Assembly (NCBI GenBank): GCA_000002445.1
Contig: AE017150.2
Span: 160,001-224,000 of the forward strand
DNA: 64,000 bases
Direction of reading: 5' to 3'
From: Trypanosoma brucei
Lineage: Eukaryota
Below are positions 11,193-21,663 of this stretch, piece by piece. Within the stretch, counting starts at the first letter, position 1. Every line of letters starts with the position of its first letter. The notes under the pieces were generated by a model. It was given only the letters and a program-made list of their open reading frames with translations, had not been told where the DNA came from and searched no databases. A program made the position numbers and the translations under genes.

Positions 11193-14100
11193 GTAACACG
11201 GTTAAATTATTGGGTCGCATCCGGACCGTATTGCATCATGACAAATATGATGTTACCATTTAAAAAATAAGTAGCAATAGTAGTAGGGAGAAAGCTATTG
11301 TTTTTTCTCACTCCTGCTGCCGCGTACATCATGCGTGATACAACAGTTTTCATTTATTCTATAGTAGATTTTTTCACATAGCAAGGGATACTCGGAATTG
11401 TTGTATAACTTTCGTTGTCCCAGCAATACTGTCTGCTTTTCATGGTTAAACTAAAACTCCAATGAAATCACATTGTTGTGTCATCTTTTGTGAGTCACCA
11501 ATGATGGTTGTGCCCCACATTTCTTCATGCTGGTAACTATTTTGTTTCCACGACATTTAACCACGTCATGTGCCTCACACTAATAAATATGTTGCAGATC
11601 CATGTTTGAGTCCTCAATCTTTCAGGGGTCGCCTGCTGCAGCCTCACGACATCGGCGTCTTCTGAAAAGACCCTTGTGATGGTGTGTGAAACTCCAGGAT
11701 TCTCCTTTATTAACTGATGGGGAGTCGATTCAAATTCACTAATTCCTCATTTTTGCTAACGTATCGGAACCCCACCCGAATATTCTCAGGCAACTTCACT
11801 TGGGAGGGAAATGACTTTAGATCAAACACTGCCACCGACTGGTCATGGAGAGTAATTATCAACTGGGAAAAGTGACACAATGGGACATATGCCTCATAAT
11901 CATCCCTGCTCTTTTTAGCCTTTGGTCATGCAATAAATCAACACCTTCTTCCAATTCTGTTTTTCCTCCATCACAAAGAATGGCGCACAACTCATCCTGT
12001 CATATGTCTCTCTGAAACTGGGCCAATGATACGCGATTGCTTCATTATTTGGGACTTCTTTTTTTACAATGTGCAATTCAGATTCCTTTTTTGATACTTT
12101 CTCTTTCCACATCATCTGTGCTATTCTTAATGCTCCAACCCTCATCAAATCGCTTACTCGCTGCTTGCATCATCCTCTGTCAAATCCACGGAAGGAAAAT
12201 CATTCCCACATTTATTTCCTATTGGAGAGGTGAAGTATTTTCTTTTCCTCCTCTTCCCGTGAGGTCACCTTTGTTTTCCCCTTGTGAGTGTCAAGGAATG
12301 CTGTGCAATCGATAATTTGGGAAGATATTCCCCGTTATAAGTCCCGGCTTCCCTCACACTGGGGCCGCACATTCCTTCCAATTATATCTTACATCAAAAA
12401 CATTAAAAGAACCGACTTGCTTACGGAAGCTGTCACACATCTGAGATACCACACTGTGCCTCGTGGAAGTTCCATTGTGTAGATGTGCTTTCCAAATTCT
12501 ATTAATAATATGTTGTCAATGTCGTGTTCAATTGCAACTACTGCCGCTGCGCGTGTCAGCAGTGCTCTTCTCTTTATGGAATGTTCTATCATTACGTATG
12601 GTCTTTTCAGTATGGTGTCATTTTCCCCTTTGTGGTAATGGCTATGAACTTCTTCCCCTTTCCTCCCGAGGTTCCTCCCTATGACTTTTTTCACACTGGC
12701 AATGCTCTTTTCCCAGTTGATAATTACGCATCGTGTGAGTATGTGGGTATCGCTTTTGAATTTCTTTAGAAGGTTCCCTCCCAAAAAAAAATCCACTGTT
12801 GAGGCTTTCTTTTCGTGTCAGTGTGGCACAACATTTTTCTCTTTTTTTGGGAGCTGTGTAATTTCTTTTTGCCATCGCATGGCTGGATGCAATTCATTCC
12901 ATTGATATTGCAACTGGATACCACTCTGGACGGAACTTCCTGCAAGATATTATCGAATCCCCATTACAACATGTGTTGTGTTTGTTTGATGGGTTTACCT
13001 GTTACCGTACTGTAAAGACGGACCCAAAAACAACATCCGCGTCGGTTTGTCCAATAGAGATGATGGAAGAGTTCTCCTGTACTGAAATGGCAATGGTCTC
13101 TGCGAGTCGTAAACTTACAACAACAAATAAAAGTGCAGTTGCATCCTATGCTGGAATGCGGTAATGATTTTCCGCCAATGCATAAAAACACCGCATGATG
13201 AATTCCCTGTTGCTCACATGTTTTAGTCCTCAGCTACATTCACTTTGCTATTCTATTGGCTCCTGAAACCAATGTCATGATGTACGGACAGCTTTTTGTG
13301 GGAACTGCAATAAAAATAATAATCATAATTATAATAACTCCTTTCACCAATGAGTTTACTATTGGTTGTAAAAGTGCTCTTGGTGCCACTCCATTTTTCT
13401 TTTCTTGAGTCCCCAGCTGCTGAGGGGCTGTTGTATTTTTTTTTAAAGAGTGACGCACCGTTTTATTCCCCACCCCTTTCAGGTGACTTCCTCCTGCACA
13501 GTTTTTACTTTCCCATCGTAGAATGTTTTTCAAGGTGTTTCCTTTGTGAAGCTTTGGTTATGCTATAATTAAAGACCACTCAACTCCCTCCTTCCGGGAA
13601 CTGTTGTTGCATTTATTTCCCTTTAGTTGCTGCAAATTTGTTTATTTGACAAGTTGTAGTGCGATACTTCACTTGACCATATGTGTAACATCGTGTCTCG
13701 TTGCTTTATAAAAATTCAAAAAGAACACATCAGGTGATATTCTTCTGCTCTTACTTCGTCCATTCACATCTCTTCCCGCCAGTTCGGAAACTCCCACTCA
13801 AACTCACCACTCTGTGAAGATTTGTAGTTTCCGTTAGCGATGGACGTACTGAAGTGGACATGTTTGGCACTTCAAAACTAAGTTTTTTAAACTTACACCT
13901 TCCTTCTTGCATACAGCTTCAGTGCGAGAGTAAAGGAATAGTTGAGTATCATGAGAAAACATAAGCCCAAAACATTCTCAACTCAAGCTTTCAATAAAAG
14001 CAAACACATTAAGATGGTTTAGTGAACACATGCAGTATAATCCCTAGCAAAGGTATTATTCACACCCAATAAACAACTCAAACAAATAACACCAGCATAC

Positions 14101-14884
14101 ATATCGCAGACACATAAGTTGCACCTTCACAAACAAATGAAAGCTGCTGTGGCTCATCATGTGTAAAATATTATGAGCACAAAAACATAAATGTCCTTGA
14201 CCTTCCATAAATGTATAACACAATATTTCTTGCATTGTCATCGGGAAAATATTTTTTTTATATTGTTATATATATTCATCCAATAGTCAAGAGTGAGCTC
14301 TGGCCTTGTAGAACTGTAAATGCGTGCATGTTCTGTTATTATTGTTTCCCATTGCAAAATGAAGATACCTGCAGATGTGGAGAAACGTCTCCATAAATGC
14401 TTATGATGCACCAAATAATTCTCTCGTAAAGAAAGGAGAGAACAAATGCTCAGCATACGTGTCGCTATTTGTATCTTTAAATTAAGGTTCTCTTGAATGG
14501 AGTAAAGAAAAAACAAAGAAAAGGCAAGAAGTATATGATGTAATTGGTGAGGCATAATGAAATGACCCAACAAGAGGGAAAGGAAGTTACATGCCTTCAC
14601 TACAGTCATACAAATAAAGCCAGACCCTTCACACTCGTTTTACAATGTTCTGTCGTATCGCTCTGCATAAACAAATAATACTAATAGAAAAGGGAAATGT
14701 AAGAAGAAAGTAAAAAAGTATCAAATAGTTCGAGGATTATCGACACTCAGCTACGTGAAGTGATACGTATCGCAAATGTGTGTTTGAAATGCTCACCATC
14801 CTAATGAACTTACTCGTATGTTACTTAACCCTGGGAAATATTTCTCTGTGCGCTCAAGTTACCTGACAACTCTCCTTCCGCACC

Positions 14885-17800
14885 CTATGCATTGTTACCA
14901 CCTCTATTGTTAACTCCGTTGTTATTGTTACCTTTTACTTGCAATTCAACGTATAGTGCAGTAATGTGGTTACTAAGAGAGACCGCGAACTGACGCACTT
15001 CCTGTTCACAAAACCTTTCCTCAACCTTATTATTTTGTCCTCCGTCTTCGATTGTCCCCTCACAACATTGTGGCTTTGTAATTTTTTCGCTGTCAACCCT
15101 TTGAACATAGATTATTTCCCATACCATCCCGCGTGAAAAATTGTCCCAGCGTCTAAAGTAACTTTGCAAACACCTTTTCATCTTAAATAACCCACCGGTG
15201 CTGCAAGGATGACTACCGGAAATTGTGTACTGCAGTCCCACAAAAGTCTTCGGATTCTCAACAAAAAAGAACGCATCAACAACCGGGAAACTCCTTGATT
15301 GCGGCTTGTACAATTTCATATATTGAATTTCAGCTCCAGCTACAATTGGAACATCCTCAGGAACCACAATCAAAGGATTCGTGAGTCTTGGACCTTGCAG
15401 CACCTGCAGCACACTTTGTTGGATTTGATCCCCAGCAAATGAAAGGCCCTGTAACTCCCTTGCCAACTCAGTTAGTGTATTCTCATGTGACAATGCTTCA
15501 ATGCCACTCTTCTCAAACAGATGACCAACAATAGCGCAGTTAGACAGCAGAGCAGATATTGCAGCATATTTATTCAGTAACCAAGGCCTCAGAAAGTCTA
15601 AAATAACTTGCCCCGTGTAAGATGAAAGCGGTGTGCAGAGATACGAATCACACAGAAGATTCCCTTTCTTCACTCGAACAACCCTCACTAACCTGTGTGA
15701 TGCTTTGCGTGTTTGCCAGGTAGCTGCGTTTTGGAAAATTTTTGCGTAGCTTTCCTTCTTTACATCACTCATTTCGTTAATGGCTTCCTCGATTAGATCA
15801 CACTGCCTGGTGAACGACGCCGAATCAACAATGTGACGAAGCAGTGGGCCAACGATAGGAATGCGATCTTGAATTTCTTGCCATTCACTTTCAATTTTCT
15901 CCTTCGCATCTGAAGGATTCCAACCGTAAGCAGGAGCAATTTTCCCCCACCTCGATATGTGTATGACTTCCAAATCCTTCAATGTATCACAGTTAATGTA
16001 AAAATGTAGGGCTTTGTTTTGCTTGGACCATCCATGGAATTGTCTAACGTTTGGAGAGCTCAAGGCAATACCAGCGAAATCACCAGGTGGTTTCGTCGGA
16101 GCAGGATGATTCTTGTCCACGTCAAATATAACGTATCCCTTAATATTCTCTGCGCCACATGAATCTCTGACTATTTGGCCAATAAGCGTTGAGGCATCAT
16201 CATAATTACTGTAAAACGTAACATATCCTGCTCGATCGCCTTTGGGTTTACGAAACACATACGCCTTACCACTCACAACGTACATGATAATCTAAAGCTG
16301 ACTCGATTCATAATGCAGTAGTTTGTATAACAGTATTATTTTTTTTGGAATTTTCTTCGTGCCTTCGTGAGAGTTTCTCCCAACTGGCGGGGCCATCAGC
16401 CATCACCGTAGAGCCCTGAGATGCTATCGGTCTGGCGACTGTGGCAGAGTCTCCCTTTTTCATTCATCCTAACACACCCTCTATAATTTTTGTTGTATTT
16501 CCGCATATGAACGGAATACAGCAGATGGGGCGAGAAGCCCCCCTCACCCCGGACTCTCCAAAAGATGTCAATTAGCAATCCTTTTGTTTTGATTTTTGTT
16601 ATTCGTTTATTATTCTCTCCCCCTCTTTCTGTTTCTGTTGCTTGTTGATTGCATACCCCCTCTGTCTCTAAGGGTGTCTGGACTATTCCTGCGTCCTGTG
16701 CTTTTCCTGCTAGCTCCACACTCGGCAATAAGGGGGGAAGTTGCAGAAGGGAGAGTGGGTTGTATGACTGTTACCTTAGGTGAGGACTTCACCTGCGGCC
16801 GGCTCCGTTCAACCGCAATGAGAAATTGCGCCAGCATTTAAGAGAAACATACATGCTGCACACACTCACCTTCTACCGCAAACCTGACACGTAACTCCTT
16901 CAAACCTGGACAGCTCATCAAGTGCAGCGACGTTTCTTCGCAGTCGCCGCGTTGGCTGGTAACAGCGCGCTCTACCTTCATACCGTTCATCTTCTTTTGA
17001 TGGAGGGTGAGGCCAGTTTTGCTAGCACACTGCCTTCCGCATGTCGGGCACACCAACATGGATGTGTTTTTATGCGGGGAATCAGTGGCACACAATTTTG
17101 TGCTTTTGCTGCATTTAAGCTCGACTCCCTCACCTTTGTGGAAAGCCTTACAGTGTCGGATGAGGGAGTCCCTGCAACTGAGCACTTTTTGGCACACACC
17201 ACACTGCACCCCGCCCTTCCCCGGGACGTCAACGTTTTCCTCACGGGCACGCTTACGAGGGAATTGCACCAACACCACGGTACCGTCCTCCGTCACTATG
17301 CTTTTATGTTTGAATTTCTTGTGTAGTGACAGGGAAGAACGTGTACCGAAGCTCGCCTCGCACAGGTCACATTGAAACGGCAGCTTCCGTGTATCCTGAG
17401 AGGCTGGCGCTGCTGGGGCTTTACCATCTCCTTGCACTGAGTCCTCGTTCTCTCGCCCCCTTTTCACGCGGCAACTGCCGCTGCCTATGCCATGTATTGT
17501 TCTAAGGTGGTGTAGTAGTCTGCCTGGCACTGCGAATTTGGAGGCACAGATGGTACAATGAAGCACCTGCGGTCTCATCGGGACTCGTGTGCTCGATGGT
17601 AGGGGAACGATCGCCACCACTGGAGGGGGCTCCGGGGGGATATCCACTGCAGGTGTTGCATCGCCGTATTTGATCCTCCGGAGGGCATCAGCTCGCACAA
17701 AGCCATGTTTGTTTACCATATGCGTTACAGCACTCGAGCGGCATTGGTATGTGGCATCACATTCCGTACATTTGGTCGGTTCGGAGGTTCTCTGAACAGT

Positions 17801-18560
17801 GCGTGTCGCAACAGTTGGGACTGTTTGTATTGTTGGTCCTATCGCTGCATGTTGCGGGTTACACCATCGGCACTGTGGAGGCACACTCGGGTTGATCTTC
17901 CGCACCCTCTTGAATTGCATACTGCGGAATACTGAAAGAGTTATATGGCCAACCCTTCTGCGAGGTGAGCACAGCAATCTCTAAATTACCGTGACGAGGC
18001 AGTGGGTCGCACAAGTCAAAAGGCGTGTGACTGACATTCACCTCCTCTTCTGTCCACAACTCGGGTTTGCCGTCACAATTACCCACTACCTTCATGCCAA
18101 GAGGTAAATCATTGTGACCCGACTCCACATAACCCCATGTCGCATTGTATATGGAATCATATACTCCTTTCAGTTCTGCACCACCAGCTGTTTGGTCAGC
18201 TCGTTCCCTTGCCTCTTTGGCAGTATCCAATGCCGCATCCAGCATTGCTCTCGCCCTGGGACCAACAAATTCCCTTATTTGCGCTTTTGCCATCTCCTCC
18301 CATTGCTGCATGTCTTAAATTCTATTACGAGGCAGATCAATAACTGCCCTTGGTAATTGAAACTCATCAAGCCGCTGTATCCTGTATTTCTTCAAGAACA
18401 TTAGCATTAATATATTTTCCCGGATTCTGAACAAACAAAAACATGGCCACATTCTCTGTTTTATACGTGTTTGAGAAGTATTGATTCAAAATTTCATGCA
18501 GTTTCATTTCATCCAAGCTCGCATAATCTTCCAGCAGCACATCCTCAATAGAACTGTTAA
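14885..18560 (-). pseudogene. RHS pseudogene interrupted by an ingi 3' fragment. It is a composite of a C-terminal part (14885-16336), the ingi fragment (16339-about 17895) and an N-terminal part (about 17895-18560).
   Basis: The C-part is a 466-aa in-frame RHS C-terminal region (MYVVSGKAYVF...NRGGNNA). Upstream of it, the codons LILLYKLLHYESSQL abut the ingi tail. The N-part (ORF 17859-18311 plus frameshifted upstream sequence to about 18560) matches the RHS N-terminal region (KAQIREFVGP...GVYDSIYNATWGYVESGHNDLPLGMKVV...LEIAVLTSQKGWPYNSF). It is lost roughly 180 bp short of the GIGKS motif. Confidence 0.75.
16339..17895 (-). mobile_element. ingi non-LTR retroposon, 3' fragment of about 1.6 kb. 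It comprises the C-terminal C2H2 zinc-finger part of the ingi ORF, the 3' UTR and an A8 tail. The 5' part is absent.
   Basis: The 3' terminal sequence (ggaattttcttcgtgccttcgtgagagtttc...gatgctatcggtctggcgactgtggcagagtctccc) is the same as the 3' halves of the two RIME copies, and is followed by a T8 run on the plus strand (16339-16346). The minus-strand ORF 16838-17977 contains at least five C2H2 fingers (CTICASKF..HHLRTIH, CDLCEASF..HKKFKH, CGVCQKVL..HCKAFH, CPTCGRQC..HQKKMNG, CTECDATY..HMVNKH). The 5' boundary is approximate, within about 50 bp. Confidence 0.7.
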
Positions 18561-19638
18561 TTGATCAAGTTGGCCCTTTTTCGCCTCCACGCAGTCAATT
18601 CAAAAAATATATTGCCGCATGCAACCTATTACTATGGAAACGCCTTATTGAATTCCACACTTCTGAAAACTTGCCCCCTGATTCTTCACAAGCTTGCGAT
18701 AAAAGCATAAACAAAAATAGAATCAGAAACAGAGACAGAGACAGTTTACACTGTAGAAAAGGACACCACAGTGAGTCACTCATTCTAGGAAGATAATCAC
18801 AAAAGCAAACACCCTCAAAAAGACAGCTCAGCGCCATAAAGCAGAACCTACTTACTACTAATAAGGAGTTGTGCCCCTTCCCTGCCAGTAAAGACACAAC
18901 ATTCCCCAACAAACACAGTGGAAGATCACAAGACTTATGACCCCTCCATACTAACCTAAACAAGACAGCGTGAATCACAATTGCATGCAATGCGCTAAGA
19001 ACCCAAAACGGTTCCGCACATTTGCCTCTGAGGATCCCTACTCAATCGCACCCCTACGCGGGAATCAATATTCTGCCTGTCACAAAATAACACAGCGGAC
19101 AGCAGAAGGAAAGGGGGAAAATAAAGAAACCCATCACAACACATAAGGATTTTAATGGGAACTTAAAGGAAACCTTCTAGATGAGAATGCTAACACCCAT
19201 ACCACAACAGTGCTCACAATCCTCTTGTATATCAGTGTTTAATTAGTTTTTCACAAAATGATTTGATAATCGTAACGATTCAAGGAATAAAAAAATGTAA
19301 ATGATAAGACACGACGCAACAAGCTGCCACATTGCCATTAATGGATGTATGTAATACCATTGTTACTATCCATTTCATTGTGACAACACATGCAAAATAC
19401 AATCGATACCACGGATTTCGTACGCCTTCCGTCGTGCGGTGAATCGCAGAGTGGATGTAAACAGTTGCGAAAGGATTACACCAACGCAACTGCAAGTTCG
19501 TTATGCTGCCAGGAACCTGTCCAGGATATATGATGAGTGAACTCCATTACCCAGACAAAAAATGTGACGCCTCCTCTTGCCCTTTCATTCGTTCTTCACA
19601 GTGTTTACCTCGTTGTTGGCTTGCCTGAGGTTCGTCAA

Positions 19639-21663
19639 TTACCTTCGGCCCACAGCAGCCACCGCAAGCATTTTGGTAACTATGTTATCCTCATACTGCA
19701 CATGGTACTGCTGCACATTGTTCTTCCAGAATCCCTCCACAAACTGGTGACTGCGGTGCTTTGCCTTACCCTGCGTAATTTCACACTTCTGCTCAGACCT
19801 CATCGCTGTGGATTCGAAGTGCTGAACGTAAATGATTTCCCAGTGAAACATCTCAGTAATTTCCTTCAACTGTTCAACGGTAGCCTCATTCTGGTGACCT
19901 CCCCCCTCCGCACTTGGAAAGAGGGATTGTAACAAATGAATGAATTCGTCGGTTGCTGTGTCATGGCTGCTGGCAACAGTAAACTGCAACAACACAATAG
20001 TTTTCTTCCCTATGGTTCCTGAAGCCTGTGCAGCCTGCTTTTCATCAACAATAAAGAATGCATCCGCTACGGGGTAGTTGGGAATGCATGGCACATATAA
20101 TTCCACCGGAGCCCCCTTCGACTCAGCCCAGTTGATGTCACCTGACACTGTGTTTGGTCGACAAGCATTGAGGAGGTCATCCCTTACGTGTTGCAAAATG
20201 CTTTTGCGTGTCCTCGTGCGCCTGGCCCTTTCATTTGCTGGAAGTTTCGTTATTAGACTTACGAAGCAAGTTAACACTCTGGGGGAACACAAATATTTAA
20301 TTGCATTCTTCTCAAAATAATGCCCGATGACAGATGCGTCCCGCGTCATACCAGACACCAGTGCCCACTCCTCAGCAATGCCGGAAAACACTACATTCAA
20401 AATTCTTTTCTTTATAGATTCAGAGTGAGGTACGCATATGTATATCTCACTATTGTTTCTCCCACAGGCACGAACAATCTTCACGAGTTTGTGAGATGCG
20501 TCACTTTCTCTCCATCCGCCTTTGTTACCCACCACGCCAATATAGAGTTCACGTCGCTCATGGGATTTGATGGAATTTATTTCATTGTCTATGTCGTCCT
20601 CACGCGTGGCATGCTTTGCTTCATCGAACACATAACGAAGTGAAGGTCCAACATGCTCCACACGGTTCTCATACATGTTCCACTTTTCCCTCAACTCAAC
20701 AGGCGTGGCTTGAGGAAAAAGCTTGGGTCCCACACGTGAGAAGAAAGCCCGCATTTCACTCATTTCCCAGCAGTTAACAACAATACGTGCACATCTTTCC
20801 CTCTGCTGGAACCAGCTGTCAAAATTTCTTTCATTATGTGAACTGATCAAAATGCTTCCCCATTTTGGAGCCACATCTGCCGGTGGCTGCTCACCTTTGT
20901 TGACGAAGTCATAAATAATATAACCACGTGTATTAGATGATATATTCTTCATAAACGTTATAGCCGCTTCTTTACTGTACTCCCTAACTCTGCCAACGCC
21001 ACCACCACCTGATTTCTCAAATATATATGCGGCTACACCACGGAAGTACGCAACAACAGGTAACTCTTCCGCATCATAATGCAGTAACTTGTAGAGGATA
21101 AAAGAACCAAAATTCTGAGATTTTCCAATCCCCGGGTTACCAATGGCAAGGTATGATCGTGGAAAATAAAGACATCTTGGCATAACACGTTGTGTACGCC
21201 ATAATTCAATTCCACTCCTTACAACATTCCATACACGGAGCTCTTCTCTGCGAATGAATATGTCACTGTTACTTCCCCGGGCAAAGCCTGTATATGGCCA
21301 ACCCATTTCTGAGGTAAGAACCAACAGCTCAACTCCTTTAGTGCGTTCCGGCTTCTGTTCAAGAGCTTCCTCAATTTCAGGCACGACATTAACTTCCTCA
21401 TCCTTCCACATCAAACCCTCATTGGGCATTCCATCAACCAAGCTCATTCCCAATGTTTGAGTTCCATCGTCGATAATAATATGACTCAATTTCGCATCAT
21501 AAATGGTATCGTATAATTTCTCTTCGAGAGACTTGCCCTCTCCGGTTTCTGATGGGTTCTCGTTTTCTCGGCCGGCTTGTCTCTTCATCGGGCGGTACGC
21601 ACCATTCAACCATCCATTTAAAACATTCCGAGTATCTCCCACACTACCGCCGTTCTGATTCAT
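19639..21663 (-). CDS. RHS: Retrotransposon hot spot protein (RHS), intact 674-aa ORF. N-terminal type is MNQNGG and C-terminal type ends ...VAAVGRR.
   Basis: It is a full-length ORF with the GNPGIGKSQNFGSF P-loop followed by ILYKLLHYDAEELPVVAYF. It is about 95% identical to the 675-aa paralogue at 45540-47567. An upstream U-rich tract with AG on the transcribed strand is consistent with a trans-splice acceptor. Confidence 0.85.
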   Translation of the reverse strand: MNQNGGSVGDTRNVLNGWLNGAYRPMKRQAGRENENPSETGEGKSLEEKLYDTIYDAKLSHIIIDDGTQTLGMSLVDGMPNEGLMWKDEEVNVVPEIEEALEQKPERTKGVELLVLTSEMGWPYTGFARGSNSDIFIRREELRVWNVVRSGIELWRTQRVMPRCLYFPRSYLAIGNPGIGKSQNFGSFILYKLLHYDAEELPVVAYFRGVAAYIFEKSGGGGVGRVREYSKEAAITFMKNISSNTRGYIIYDFVNKGEQPPADVAPKWGSILISSHNERNFDSWFQQRERCARIVVNCWEMSEMRAFFSRVGPKLFPQATPVELREKWNMYENRVEHVGPSLRYVFDEAKHATREDDIDNEINSIKSHERRELYIGVVGNKGGWRESDASHKLVKIVRACGRNNSEIYICVPHSESIKKRILNVVFSGIAEEWALVSGMTRDASVIGHYFEKNAIKYLCSPRVLTCFVSLITKLPANERARRTRTRKSILQHVRDDLLNACRPNTVSGDINWAESKGAPVELYVPCIPNYPVADAFFIVDEKQAAQASGTIGKKTIVLLQFTVASSHDTATDEFIHLLQSLFPSAEGGGHQNEATVEQLKEITEMFHWEIIYVQHFESTAMRSEQKCEITQGKAKHRSHQFVEGFWKNNVQQYHVQYEDNIVTKMLAVAAVGRR

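Noticed and set aside
16838-17977. The 379-aa minus-strand ORF as a standalone C2H2 zinc-finger protein gene
   Set aside because: Its 3' end runs straight into the ingi 3' UTR and poly(A). Its first roughly 25 codons are out-of-frame RHS sequence. It is the tail of the ingi ORF fused by read-through, not an independent gene.
18595-18990. A 131-aa ORF duplicated exactly at 44405-44890 (MHAIVIHAVLFRLVWRGHKSCD...)
   Set aside because: It lies in the intergenic region between RHS genes and within the segmental duplication. It is low-complexity and its conservation is explained by the duplication and not by selection.
20078-20914. Plus-strand ORFs of 60-170 aa nested inside minus-strand RHS genes. 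They recur in every RHS copy, for example 25889-26437, 37705-38214 and 51736-52239.
   Set aside because: They are antisense reading frames of the RHS coding sequence. They appear conserved only because the RHS genes themselves are paralogous.
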